Shown here piece by piece: positions 9,992 to 19,733 of a stretch of 64,000 bases of DNA (position 1 is its first letter; each line of letters begins with the position of its first letter). The notes below the pieces were generated by a model. It had not been told where the DNA came from, searched no databases, and worked only from the letters and a program-made list of their open reading frames with translations. The translations under genes were made by a program, and so were the position numbers. The DNA is from Myxococcales bacterium (GTDB taxonomy: Bacteria; Myxococcota_A; UBA9042; JABWCM01; BTVJ01), in contig BTVJ01000024.1 in the NCBI GenBank assembly GCA_045863395.1, positions 1 to 64,000 of the forward strand. Direction: 5' to 3'.

Positions 9992-10752
9992 GCGGGACCA
10001 CGGCCGGGCGGGTGGAGCTCCGCGTCTGGCGCCAGGACGGCCCCGAGGCCGAGCCGCGCTTCGAGCACTACCTGGTGACGCAGACGGAGAACACCAACGT
10101 GATCTCCGCGCTCATGGAGATCCAGCGCGACCCCCGCCTGAGCAGCGGCGAGCGCGCCCAGACGCAGATCGCCTGGGAGGCCAACTGCCTCGAAGAGGTG
10201 TGCGGCGCGTGCTCCATGGTGATCAACGGGGTGCCGCGTCAGGCGTGCAGTACGCTGCTCAAGGACCTGGACAAGCCCGTCGTCATCGAGCCCCTGCACA
10301 AGTTCCCCGTGGTGCGCGATCTGATGGTCGACCGGTCGGGAATGTTCGAGGCGCTCAAGAAGGTCAAGGCGTTCATCCACATCGACGGCACCCACGACCT
10401 CGGGCCGGGGCCGCGCATGTCGCCTGAGGCGCAGCAGGAGGCCTACCCGTACTCCAACTGCATGAGCTGCGGCTGCTGCCTGGAGGTGTGCCCGCAGTTC
10501 AACGGGCGCTCCGGCTTCATCGGCGCCGCGGCCATCGGGCAGGTGGCGCTGTTCAACCTGCACCCGACCGGCGCCATGCACAAGACGGAGCGGCTGCACG
10601 CGGTCATGGGCAAGGGCGGCGTCGCGGACTGCGGCAACGCCCAGCTCTGCGTCGAGGCCTGCCCGAAGGACATCCCGCTGACCCACGCCATCGCGCGGGT
10701 CGGCCGCGACGCCACCGTCCAGTGGCTCAAGGACCTGTTCGTGAAGGACTGA
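9988..10752 (+). CDS. sdhB: Succinate dehydrogenase Fe-S subunit
   Basis: [37 protein letters not shown] overlap with sdhA. Confidence 0.96.
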   Translation: MSGTTAGRVELRVWRQDGPEAEPRFEHYLVTQTENTNVISALMEIQRDPRLSSGERAQTQIAWEANCLEEVCGACSMVINGVPRQACSTLLKDLDKPVVIEPLHKFPVVRDLMVDRSGMFEALKKVKAFIHIDGTHDLGPGPRMSPEAQQEAYPYSNCMSCGCCLEVCPQFNGRSGFIGAAAIGQVALFNLHPTGAMHKTERLHAVMGKGGVADCGNAQLCVEACPKDIPLTHAIARVGRDATVQWLKDLFVKD

Positions 10753-10873
10753 CTCCCAAACCCGATGTGCGCCGCGGAGGCGCGCACCTCCTGGACCGCT
10801 TCGCGAGGCTCCGCCCGGCGACGACGCCGAGCACGGACCGCGCGCGGAGGCCCCCACACCCGCGAGTGCGCTG

Positions 10874-12040
10874 ATGAAGATCCATGAGTACCAGGCGAAG
10901 GAGATCCTGAAGGCCTACGGCGTCGCCGTGCCGGCAGGGCAGGTGGCGTTCACGCCGGACGAGGCGGTCGCCGCGGCGCGGGAGATCGGCTCCGCCGTCA
11001 CCGTCGTCAAGGCCCAGATCCACGCGGGCGGCCGCGGGAAGGGCGGCGGCGTCAAGATCGCGCGCAGCCTCGACGAGGTCGCGAGCCTGTCCAAGGGCAT
11101 GCTCGGCATGAACCTCAAGACCCACCAGACCGGCCCCGAGGGCCGGGAGGTCAAGCGCCTCTACATCGAGTCGGGCGTCAGCATCGCCCGGGAGCTGTAC
11201 CTGGCGCTTATCCTGGACCGCGAGACCTCCAGGGTGGTGGTGATGGCCAGCACCGAGGGTGGCATGGACATCGAGGAGGTCGCGGCGAAGACCCCCGAGA
11301 AGATCCTCAAGGAGTTCGTGGACCCGGCGGTCGGCCTCCAGGGCTTCCAGGCGCGCAACCTGGCGTTCGCGCTCGGCTTGAGCGGCAAGAGCGTCACGAA
11401 GGCCGGGGCGTTTCTGTCGGGCCTCTACCGCGCCTTCGTCGAGAAGGACGCCTCGCTCCTCGAGATCAACCCCCTGGTGGTCACGACGGACGGGGACCTG
11501 ATCGCCCTCGACGCCAAGATGAACTTCGACGACAACGCCTTGTTCCGTCACCCGGACGTCATGGCCTACCGGGACCTGGACGAGGAAGACCCGCTGGAGA
11601 TCGAGGCGTCCAAGTACTCGCTCTCCTACATCAAGCTCGACGGCACCATCGGGTGCCTGGTCAACGGCGCAGGCCTCGCCATGGCCACCATGGACATCAT
11701 CAAGCAGGTGGGCGGCGAGCCGGCCAACTTCCTCGACGTGGGCGGCAGCGCCGACGAAGAGAAGGTCACCGCCGCGTTCCGCATCATCCTCTCCGACAAG
11801 GTGGAGGGCATCTTCGTCAACATCTTCGGGGGGATCATGAAGTGCGACATCATCGCCAAGGGCATCGTCGCCGCGGCGAAGCAGGTGGGCATCTCGGTGC
11901 CGCTGGTCGTGCGCCTGGAGGGGACGAATGTCGCCATCGGGAAGCGGATCCTGGAGGAGAGCGACGTGAAGATCATCAGCGCGTCCACAATGATTGACGG
12001 AGCCCGGAAGATTGCCGCGGCCGTCGGAATTTCGGCCTGA
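10874..12040 (+). CDS. sucC: Succinyl-CoA synthetase beta subunit
   Basis: [40 protein letters not shown]. Confidence 0.98.
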   Translation: MKIHEYQAKEILKAYGVAVPAGQVAFTPDEAVAAAREIGSAVTVVKAQIHAGGRGKGGGVKIARSLDEVASLSKGMLGMNLKTHQTGPEGREVKRLYIESGVSIARELYLALILDRETSRVVVMASTEGGMDIEEVAAKTPEKILKEFVDPAVGLQGFQARNLAFALGLSGKSVTKAGAFLSGLYRAFVEKDASLLEINPLVVTTDGDLIALDAKMNFDDNALFRHPDVMAYRDLDEEDPLEIEASKYSLSYIKLDGTIGCLVNGAGLAMATMDIIKQVGGEPANFLDVGGSADEEKVTAAFRIILSDKVEGIFVNIFGGIMKCDIIAKGIVAAAKQVGISVPLVVRLEGTNVAIGKRILEESDVKIISASTMIDGARKIAAAVGISA

Positions 12041-12064
12041 ACCGGCGAACCTGAGGAGATCACC

Positions 12065-12937
12065 ATGGCAATCTGGGTTGATGGCAACACGCGTCTCATC
12101 GTTCAGGGCATCACCGGCTCCGCGGGCATGTTCCACGCGCGGCAGATGGTCGAGTACGGCACCAACGTGGTCGGCGGCGTGACCCCGGGCAAGGGCGGCA
12201 CGAAGATGGACGCAGTGCCCGTGTTCGACACGACGGCGGAGGCGGTGCGGGAGACCGGCGCCAACACGTCGGTCATCTACGTCCCGGCGGCCTTCGCCGC
12301 CGACGCGATCATGGAGGCGGCGGCCGCGGGCATCGGGCTCGTCGTCGCGATCACCGAGGGCATCCCCGTGCTCGACATGATGAAGGTCAAGACCTTCCTG
12401 GAGAGCTACCCCAAGACCCGGCTCATCGGGCCGAACTGCCCCGGAATCATCTCTCCCGGCCTGTGCAAGATCGGCATCATGCCCGGCTACATCCACAAGC
12501 AGGGGCACGTGGGCGTGGTGTCCCGCTCCGGGACGCTCACCTACGAGGCGGTGCACCAGCTCACGGAGCTCGGCATCGGGCAGAGCACCTGCGTCGGCAT
12601 CGGTGGCGACCCGCTCAACGGGACCAACTTCATCGACTGCCTCTCGGCCTACAACGACGACCCGTCGACCCACGCGGTCGTCATGATCGGCGAGATCGGC
12701 GGCTCGGCGGAGGAGAAGGCCGCGGAGTGGGTGTCCGCCCACATGAAGAAGCCGGTGGTCGGCTTCATCGCGGGCATGACCGCTCCGCCCGGACGCCGCA
12801 TGGGCCACGCCGGCGCGATCATCAGCGGCGGCAAGGGGACGGCGACGGACAAGATCGCCGCCTTCGAGGCCAACGGCATCCGTGTCGCGCCGAACCCGGC
12901 GGAGATCGGGACCACCCTGCGCGCGGCGCTGGGTTGA
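12065..12937 (+). CDS. sucD: Succinyl-CoA synthetase alpha subunit
   Basis: [27 protein letters not shown]. Confidence 0.98.
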   Translation: MAIWVDGNTRLIVQGITGSAGMFHARQMVEYGTNVVGGVTPGKGGTKMDAVPVFDTTAEAVRETGANTSVIYVPAAFAADAIMEAAAAGIGLVVAITEGIPVLDMMKVKTFLESYPKTRLIGPNCPGIISPGLCKIGIMPGYIHKQGHVGVVSRSGTLTYEAVHQLTELGIGQSTCVGIGGDPLNGTNFIDCLSAYNDDPSTHAVVMIGEIGGSAEEKAAEWVSAHMKKPVVGFIAGMTAPPGRRMGHAGAIISGGKGTATDKIAAFEANGIRVAPNPAEIGTTLRAALG

Positions 12938-13006
12938 TTCGCGCCTCCAGGTTGGGGTAGACAGCCGCTCGTCCGGGGGGGCAAGACAACTCGCGCAGGA
13001 GCACCC

Positions 13007-13429
13007 ATGGCAACGGAGCGTACCCTTTCGATCATCAAGCCGGACGGCGTGCAGAGCGCCGTCATCGGCAAGGTCCTCGCCCGCTTCGAGGAGGCGGGCC
13101 TCAAGGTCGTCGCCCTCAAGATGGTCCACCTCACGAAGCCCCAGGCGGAGGGCTTCTACGCGGTCCACCGGGAGCGCCCCTTCTTCGGGAGCCTCGTCGA
13201 GTACATGACGAGCGGGCCTGTCGTGATCTCCATCCTGGAGGGCGAGGGCGCCATCGCGAAGAACCGCGAGATCATGGGCGCTACGGACCCGGCGAAGGCC
13301 GCGCCCGGCACCATCCGCGCGGACTTCGCGAAGAGCATCGAGGCGAACACGGTGCACGGCTCGGATGGGCCGGAGACCGCCGCCTTCGAGACCCGCTACT
13401 TCTTCAACGTCTTCGAGACCATCGGTTGA
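13007..13429 (+). CDS. ndk: Nucleoside diphosphate kinase
   Basis: [24 protein letters not shown]. Confidence 0.98.
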   Translation: MATERTLSIIKPDGVQSAVIGKVLARFEEAGLKVVALKMVHLTKPQAEGFYAVHRERPFFGSLVEYMTSGPVVISILEGEGAIAKNREIMGATDPAKAAPGTIRADFAKSIEANTVHGSDGPETAAFETRYFFNVFETIG

Positions 13430-13433
13430 GGCC

Positions 13434-14495
13434 GTGACGGACGCCGTGCCATTGACAGTGTCAGTGACTGCGGCGCTCCCCGACCTCAAGTCCCTGTCCT
13501 ACGTCGAGCTGGAGGCGCTGTTCGTCTCGTGGGGCGAGAAGCGCTTCCGGGCTGACCAGGTCTTCCGGGCGCTCCACGCCCAGCGGGTGCGAGATCTCGC
13601 GGGCGTCACCACTCTGTCCAAGGCGTTGCGGGCGCGGCTTGCAGCCGACGCGAGGGTCGGTGCCCTCCAAGTCACGGACACGCTGCGCAGCGAGGACGGG
13701 TCCATCAAGCTCGTGCTCGACGCGGGCGGCGCGGCGGTGGAGACCGTCATCATCCCCGCCGACGACGGGCGCGTCACCCAGTGCGTCAGCTCGCAGGTGG
13801 GGTGCAAGATAGGCTGCACCTTCTGCATGACCGCGACCATGCCGCTCCGGCGCAACCTGACCCCGGCAGAGATCGTCGACCAGGTCTACCTGGCGCGGGA
13901 TCTGCTGGAGGAGCGCGGCCAGCGCCTCTCGAACCTCGTGTTCATGGGCATGGGGGAGCCGCTCGACAACCTGGATGGCGTCGCGCGCGCCTGCGAGCTG
14001 CTGATGGACGAGCGGGGGCAGGGCTTCCCTGCGCGGCGCATCACCGTCAGCACGAGCGGGGTCGTGCCGCGCATGGCCGCGCTCGGGGAGCGGGTGGCGG
14101 TGAATCTGGCCATCTCGCTCAACGCCACGACCGACGAGGTCCGTGATCGCATCATGCCGATCAACCGGCGGTGGCCCATCTCCAGCATCGTGGAGGCCGT
14201 GCGGTCCTACCCGCTGGAGCGCCGCCGGCGTGTGACCTTCGAGTACGTCCTTCTCGCGGGGGTCAACGACTCCCTGGAGGACGCCGCTCGCCTCGTGGAG
14301 CTGGTGCGGGGGCTGCCGGTGAAGGTCAACCTGATTCCCTTCAACCCGTGGCCGGGCGCTCCTTATGCGCGGCCGGCCGAGCCGACCATCGACGCCTTCT
14401 GCCGCCTGCTCGCCAACGCGGACGTCAGCGTCACCGTCCGGCGATCACGGGGGCGCGACATCGGCGCGGCGTGCGGGCAGCTCGACGGGCGGTAG
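13434..14495 (+). CDS. rlmN: 23S rRNA m2A2503 radical-SAM methyltransferase RlmN
   Basis: CVSSQVGCKIGCTFC, MGMGEP, C-terminal AACGQL. Follows ndk. GTG start is approximate. Confidence 0.93.
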   Translation: MTDAVPLTVSVTAALPDLKSLSYVELEALFVSWGEKRFRADQVFRALHAQRVRDLAGVTTLSKALRARLAADARVGALQVTDTLRSEDGSIKLVLDAGGAAVETVIIPADDGRVTQCVSSQVGCKIGCTFCMTATMPLRRNLTPAEIVDQVYLARDLLEERGQRLSNLVFMGMGEPLDNLDGVARACELLMDERGQGFPARRITVSTSGVVPRMAALGERVAVNLAISLNATTDEVRDRIMPINRRWPISSIVEAVRSYPLERRRRVTFEYVLLAGVNDSLEDAARLVELVRGLPVKVNLIPFNPWPGAPYARPAEPTIDAFCRLLANADVSVTVRRSRGRDIGAACGQLDGR

Positions 14496-14577
14496 CGCTC
14501 ACCTGCGAAAGCATCCTGAAGTTGGACGTTCACGAGGAATGCCGCACAATCGGCCCACCAACCTGGAGGTGCCCGAC

Positions 14578-15075
14578 ATGCTGAAGCGTACCCTCGTGGC
14601 AGCCACTCTCGCGGTGGCCCTTCTCGTCCCCGGCCTCTCTCGCGCCCACTCCGCTGGAGTCGGCATGGGCGTCTCTTTTGGCGTGGTCCTGCCGAAGAGC
14701 GAGATCCTGGAGATGTCCGACGCGGGCTTCGCGTGGGGGTTCTGGGTGGATATCCCCATCGCCTGGAAGTTCTACATCACGCCGTCGGCGCAGCTCTACA
14801 ACCTGGGCGGCAAGGTCGGCGAGAACCCGGCGACGGACATCGACCTCAACTTCAAGTTCATCCTTCCGGTGAGCTTCGCGAAGATCTACTTCGGCGCGGC
14901 CGGTGGAGCCACCGTCCACGCCGAGTACGACGCCAACGTGGGCCTGTTCCTCGGGTCGTCCTTCAACCTGGTCAGCGGCCTCGACGTGTTCGTGCAGGGC
15001 AAGTACAAGCTCGTCATCGACGACCCGAACATCCACATGGTCCACGTGGATGGCGGGTTCATGTACTGGTTCTGA
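14578..15075 (+). CDS. Small outer-membrane beta-barrel protein
   Basis: Signal peptide, amphipathic strands, C-terminal YWF (BAM-type signal), GGAGG RBS. Confidence 0.7.
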   Translation: MLKRTLVAATLAVALLVPGLSRAHSAGVGMGVSFGVVLPKSEILEMSDAGFAWGFWVDIPIAWKFYITPSAQLYNLGGKVGENPATDIDLNFKFILPVSFAKIYFGAAGGATVHAEYDANVGLFLGSSFNLVSGLDVFVQGKYKLVIDDPNIHMVHVDGGFMYWF

Positions 15076-15096
15076 GGAGCACTACGCGGGGGGGGG

Positions 15097-16599
15097 TCAG
15101 TATCCGGTGCAATACTGGAAGTGCATGGGATCGCCGAAGGCCGCGCCCCAATAGAAGCCGTGCTTCTCGAAGTACGGGGCGATCACCTTCTGGCTGTCCG
15201 AGATCTTCATCTTGGACTTGGACGTCATGGGGTTGCTCGACGCGTTGATGTCGATGGCGATGCCCCAGGCGTGGGTGCTCCAGGCCTTGGAGCTCTTGCG
15301 CTTCGTCCGGTAGACGTAGCACCCGTCGTAGCTGTGGATGTGGCCCGAGAGGCCCGCGGCCCAGATGTCGTCGAAGACCTTCTGGAGCGTCGGGCCGATC
15401 TTCTTGTGGCAGGGCACATTGATCAGCTTGCCCCCCTTGCCGGCCCGCATGGCGAACGAGCCGATGCTTGTGCCGGGCTTGCCGAACACCCCCTGGATCT
15501 GAGACAGGCCGTTCGGGCGCTGGAAGGGCATCTCCACGTCGCCCACGGGCTGACCCGGCTCCTTGTTGGGCGTGTTGGGGCGGATGTCCTGCCCGAACAT
15601 GGCCGTGAGGGTGTCGGCTCCCGCGACCCCGTCCGGGGTCAGGCCGTTGGTGGCCTGCCATGCGGCGATGGCGGCTACCGTCTTGGGTCCGATGTCGCCG
15701 TCGGGGGTGGCGCCGACCTTCTTCTGGATCTGGATGGCTACGGACTTCGGGTAGAGCGGGCCGCGCACGTCGTACCACTGGACGACCTTGGCGATCTGGG
15801 CCTTGCTCAGCGTTGGCGCCTGCGTCGTGCCCGCCGTCGGGGGCGCGCCGGTGGTCGCTCCGGCCCCGTCCATGGCGGCGCGGGTCATGGGACCGATCTT
15901 GCCGTCGGGGAAGAGCCCCTGGCCGTTCTGGAAGCGGGCGATGGCCTCCACGGTCAGCGGCCCGATGACACCGTCCGGGGTCGTACCGACCAGGGACTGG
16001 TACTTCATGATGGTGGCGGGGCTGTAGCCCTGCTTGGCGTTGTACGCGATGGCCGCCTGCTCCTGGGCGCCGGTCAGCAGCCCGGCCGACTTCTTGTGGA
16101 GCTGGCGCCCCGGGCTCGCCGCCCCCTTCACGTCGGCCGGTGAGCCGCTGGCGACGCGCTCCGCCAGGCGATCCGCCTCGGTCTCGGAGTCTCCCTCGGG
16201 GGCCGCGATCGCTGCCCGGCGCTGCTGAACGATGTGGACCAGCTCGTGGGCGAGGAGCTTCTGGCCCATCGGCGTCATGAGCTGCGCCGGGGTCACGCCC
16301 AGGTGGACCTCGCCGTTTGCCGCGAAGCCCTGCGCCCCGTGGGCCGCCGGGCGCATGCTGCCGAGCTTGATTCGTACGCCGCTCAGGTCGGCGCCAAGCA
16401 GGGCGGCGAAGCGGGTCACGAGCGCGGCGGCGTCCGGCGGCGGGTCGCCGCCGGCCGGGCGGACCATGGAGGCGCCGTCACCGTAGCCCAGGCCCCGCAG
16501 ATGGCCCCGAGCGCCGCCAGCGCTCGTCTCGGGCGCGGCCTCCGGCTGTGCATCGATCAGCGTGGCCTTCTGCGCCTCGGACTGCTGGGCTGCTTCCAT
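15097..16599 (-). CDS. eCIS-core (DUF4157) + peptidoglycan-binding repeats + M15 Zn peptidase fusion
   Basis: ADLSGVRI...GAQGFA...LLAHELVHIVQQ...ETEAD; four DGxxGxxT PG-binding motifs; YR...WSTHAWGIAIDIN...DPMHFQ. Confidence 0.82.
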   Translation of the reverse strand: MEAAQQSEAQKATLIDAQPEAAPETSAGGARGHLRGLGYGDGASMVRPAGGDPPPDAAALVTRFAALLGADLSGVRIKLGSMRPAAHGAQGFAANGEVHLGVTPAQLMTPMGQKLLAHELVHIVQQRRAAIAAPEGDSETEADRLAERVASGSPADVKGAASPGRQLHKKSAGLLTGAQEQAAIAYNAKQGYSPATIMKYQSLVGTTPDGVIGPLTVEAIARFQNGQGLFPDGKIGPMTRAAMDGAGATTGAPPTAGTTQAPTLSKAQIAKVVQWYDVRGPLYPKSVAIQIQKKVGATPDGDIGPKTVAAIAAWQATNGLTPDGVAGADTLTAMFGQDIRPNTPNKEPGQPVGDVEMPFQRPNGLSQIQGVFGKPGTSIGSFAMRAGKGGKLINVPCHKKIGPTLQKVFDDIWAAGLSGHIHSYDGCYVYRTKRKSSKAWSTHAWGIAIDINASSNPMTSKSKMKISDSQKVIAPYFEKHGFYWGAAFGDPMHFQYCTGY

Positions 16600-16727
16600 G
16601 TCGCGCCTCGCGGGTAGGGGTCAGACCCGGTCATGGTAAGGGCGAAGCGCCCGATCCCACAAGCAGAAAGCTCGCCAGCCGCGCAACCGCGCCGTCATCG
16701 GTCGTTGCGGGGGCTACGTCGCTCTGG

Positions 16728-17882
16728 TCAGTCAGCGAGGCAGGTCTTCAGGTCCCTGGCGATTCCCTTGAGCGCCACGGTCAGCTCCTGCTCGGTGCCC
16801 GCCGGGAGCCACGTGCCCGCGGGCGTGCCGCCGGCCTCCGCGATGGCGTCGAGCTGCCCGGTGCTCCCCTCGTAGGCGTAGCCCACCACCCAGGTCTGGA
16901 CGCCGCTCTCGAGCAGGGCGGATGTGCTGTCAGTGAGGGCGGCGACGATCTTGGCCTCGCGGGCGATCGGGTCCGCCTCCAGCGGGAAGGCGCAGGTGTC
17001 GGCTCCGTCCGAGATTACGACGAGCGAGCCCCCACCAGGCCCGAAGATGGCGCCCGCGCTGGCCGCCACTGCGGCGAGGGCGTCGACCAGCGGGGTCTGC
17101 CCGAACGGAGGGTGCGTCTGGAACCACGCGCCAACCGCGTCTGGTGCCTGGTCGTCGATGGCGACAGCGGGCGTCCCGCTCACCGTGCAGGGCTTTGCCT
17201 CGGACGGGAAGGGCAGGAGCCCGAAGGTCGCCTTGGGGTTGGCTGCGATCACCGCCTGGATGCTCGCCTGCACCGTCTCCCAGTGGACGCCCATGCTGGA
17301 CGAGGCGTCCACGAGCAGGAGCGCGCGGGACAGGCAGCCGCTGTCGAAGCACTTGCCGTCCTTGCAGCCGACGCCCGCGGGGCAGGCGTGCGCGGCCTCC
17401 CAGCCCGTGCCGCTCGGCAGGCACTTCTGCGTGGCAAAGGAGCTGGCGCACTGTGACGACTGGGGCTCGCACACGACGGGGGCGCACGTTCCCGTCGGCG
17501 GGTGGCAGGCGGTCGCCAGGGCGCACCCGTCAGTGGTGGTCCAGTGCCCGTCTTGCGTGCACTTCTCACGGTGCTTGGCGCCGGTGCACTGAAGAGCGCC
17601 CGGCGTGCACTGCTTCGGCGGGGTGCCTGCGTCGGTGGTCCCGGTGTCTGCCGGAGCGGCCGTGTCCTGATCTTCCAGTGTGGTGTCCGCCTCGTCGTTC
17701 CCGCCGGCGAGGTCCGAAGCCACCGCGTCGAGCACCAGCGTGTCCGCCTGGGCCCCTGCGTCGGCCTCCGCGAACACGACGTCGAAGGGGAGAGTGACCA
17801 TGATGTCTGCGGTGGTCGCCGGCTCTCCCCCGCAACCAACCAGCGCCATCGCCAGACATAGCATGCGCTCCACTGGAACCAC
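16728..17882 (-). CDS. Lipoprotein with Cys-rich region and vWA domain
   Basis: ALVGC lipobox, DASSS MIDAS motif, GQTPL, VVISDG. Start uncertain. Confidence 0.78.
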   Translation of the reverse strand: MVPVERMLCLAMALVGCGGEPATTADIMVTLPFDVVFAEADAGAQADTLVLDAVASDLAGGNDEADTTLEDQDTAAPADTGTTDAGTPPKQCTPGALQCTGAKHREKCTQDGHWTTTDGCALATACHPPTGTCAPVVCEPQSSQCASSFATQKCLPSGTGWEAAHACPAGVGCKDGKCFDSGCLSRALLLVDASSSMGVHWETVQASIQAVIAANPKATFGLLPFPSEAKPCTVSGTPAVAIDDQAPDAVGAWFQTHPPFGQTPLVDALAAVAASAGAIFGPGGGSLVVISDGADTCAFPLEADPIAREAKIVAALTDSTSALLESGVQTWVVGYAYEGSTGQLDAIAEAGGTPAGTWLPAGTEQELTVALKGIARDLKTCLAD

Positions 17883-18135
17883 CTCCCGGCGGCGGGCGCG
17901 TCACGGTCAGGCCGTGGCCGGCGCCTCGAGCCCTCGAGCTGCACCATGCCGGCCAGCCTAGCGCGGCCCTGAACGAGATTCAATTCGCGCGGTCGTGCCT
18001 GGCACTGGCAGGCGGGTCGCGACCAGAATCAGCAGTTTCGGCTTGATCTGGTCGGGCCGCGTGGCAATGATGCGGCCGCGTCGCGTGGCGCGCGTCCTGC
18101 GTGGCCAGGAGACGCTGCGAACTTCGGAGGAGCTC

Positions 18136-19491
18136 ATGAACGGCATGGAGACGGCGCGAGCGCGCTGGGTACTGGTGGCGCTTGGCGCCTTCGCGCTGAC
18201 GGGCTGCGACGGTCGCAACCAGGGGGGTGTCGCGCTCTGCGTGAACCCGACGACGCAGGCCGTGGAGCAGTGCTGCTTCACCGCGGCGGGGACGTATGTG
18301 CCGTGCTCGACCGTCGCCGGAGACAGCGACGCCGAGGGCGGAGACGCGCTGGAGCCCTCACTGGACGGCGGGGGCGGGGCGGACGGCGGCGCGGGAGACG
18401 ATGTCGCTTCGACCGATGACACTGGGGCGCCGGATGCAGGGCCCCAAGAGGATGTGCCGCCTGCGGACACGGCCGCCGCCGACTCCGTGGATGTCCCTGT
18501 TGACGTCTCCACAGACGTTGCCCAGGACGTGAGCTGCGAGGAGTGCTCTCCGACCGAGGTCGCGTGTGACGGCCTCTCGAAGCGCCGGTACTGCGAGGTG
18601 CTGGAGGGCGGGTGCACGGCGTGGGTCATCGAGCCCTGCGGCGATGGCCAGCAGTGCGAGGCTGGCATCTGCATCACCCCGTGCAAGCCGGCCGAGCCAT
18701 GCCCCACGGCCGGAGCTCGCAAGTGCAATGGCGCCGTCGTGCAGGAGTGCGGCGAGGAGGCCCCCGGCTGCCTCGGGTGGGCCGACGTCCAGTCCTGCGA
18801 CGCATCCCAGATTTGCCTGGATGGCGCGTGCAAGGCCGCGCCGGAGTGCCCTGCGGCGACCAAGTGCAAGTCCGAGGGCTCCAAGACCTGCGATGCCACT
18901 GGCAAGACCCTGCTGGCGTGCAAGCCCGTCCCCGGGGACGCCGCGTGCCTCCAGTGGACCAAGGACAAGGACTGCCTGACCGGGCAGATCTGCGACGCGG
19001 CGGCTTGCGTCCAGGGGCCGACGGAGACCTTGACCTGCAACGACTATGTCCACTGCATCGCCGACTGCGGCACGGAGGCCTGCAAGAAAGGGTGCGCGGA
19101 CAAGGCGAAGCCCGGCGCGGTCGGCCAGTTCACCGACCTCCAGTCCTGTGCCAACGCCAATTGTGCGCAGCTCAACCAGCTCCCGTACTCCTTCGAGCAC
19201 TGCTACTTCACGAAGTGCTCGGCGCAGGTGAAGGGCTGTGAGGGCTTCTTCATCCCCGGCACGGGGGGCTGCGGTGCCCTGGATACGTGCGTCGCCGACT
19301 GTGGCGGGTCATCGAGCTGCGTCATGAGCTGCTTCGATGCCGTGGATATGGACGGATATGTCAAGTTCCTCGCCATGTGGGCCTGCATCGAGCAGAAGTG
19401 CGACACCCTCTACGAGCCAGGGAGCGCCCAGTGGCAGAACTGCGCCGGGAGCTCCTGCGCTTCGCAGATCAGCGCTTGCGGGAACGACTGA
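18136..19491 (+). CDS. Cys-rich lipoprotein, unknown function
   Basis: GGAGG RBS, ALTGC lipobox, acidic linker, dense Cys repeats. Confidence 0.75.
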   Translation: MNGMETARARWVLVALGAFALTGCDGRNQGGVALCVNPTTQAVEQCCFTAAGTYVPCSTVAGDSDAEGGDALEPSLDGGGGADGGAGDDVASTDDTGAPDAGPQEDVPPADTAAADSVDVPVDVSTDVAQDVSCEECSPTEVACDGLSKRRYCEVLEGGCTAWVIEPCGDGQQCEAGICITPCKPAEPCPTAGARKCNGAVVQECGEEAPGCLGWADVQSCDASQICLDGACKAAPECPAATKCKSEGSKTCDATGKTLLACKPVPGDAACLQWTKDKDCLTGQICDAAACVQGPTETLTCNDYVHCIADCGTEACKKGCADKAKPGAVGQFTDLQSCANANCAQLNQLPYSFEHCYFTKCSAQVKGCEGFFIPGTGGCGALDTCVADCGGSSSCVMSCFDAVDMDGYVKFLAMWACIEQKCDTLYEPGSAQWQNCAGSSCASQISACGND

Positions 19492-19733
19492 GTCCCAAGG
19501 GCCTGCGCCAGAATAACCTGATCCACCGAGGGCGCCGATGCGCCCCGCTGGCGGTTCGGCGGGACCGCAGGCAGGGCCTTGTCCTTCCAAGGTCTCGCCG
19601 GGCCGCCAGCGGGGATGCAGCGGCGGGCGAATGGACAGGTTATTTCGGCGCGGGCCCCAAGGGTGGCCACCGCCTTGACCGCGGTCCTTCGTCAGTGGCA
19701 CCTTTCGCCGTCCCCCCCCACCGGAGGCACCGC

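Noticed and set aside
10727..13489. 920-aa minus-strand ORF
   Set aside because: Shadow of sucC-sucD-ndk; no motifs of its own.
7534..14495. sdhCAB-sucCD-ndk-rlmN as a novel system
   Set aside because: Ordinary housekeeping genes in a familiar arrangement.
15088..15096. G9 homopolymer
   Set aside because: Lies between convergent stop codons, so no phase-variation effect is evident.
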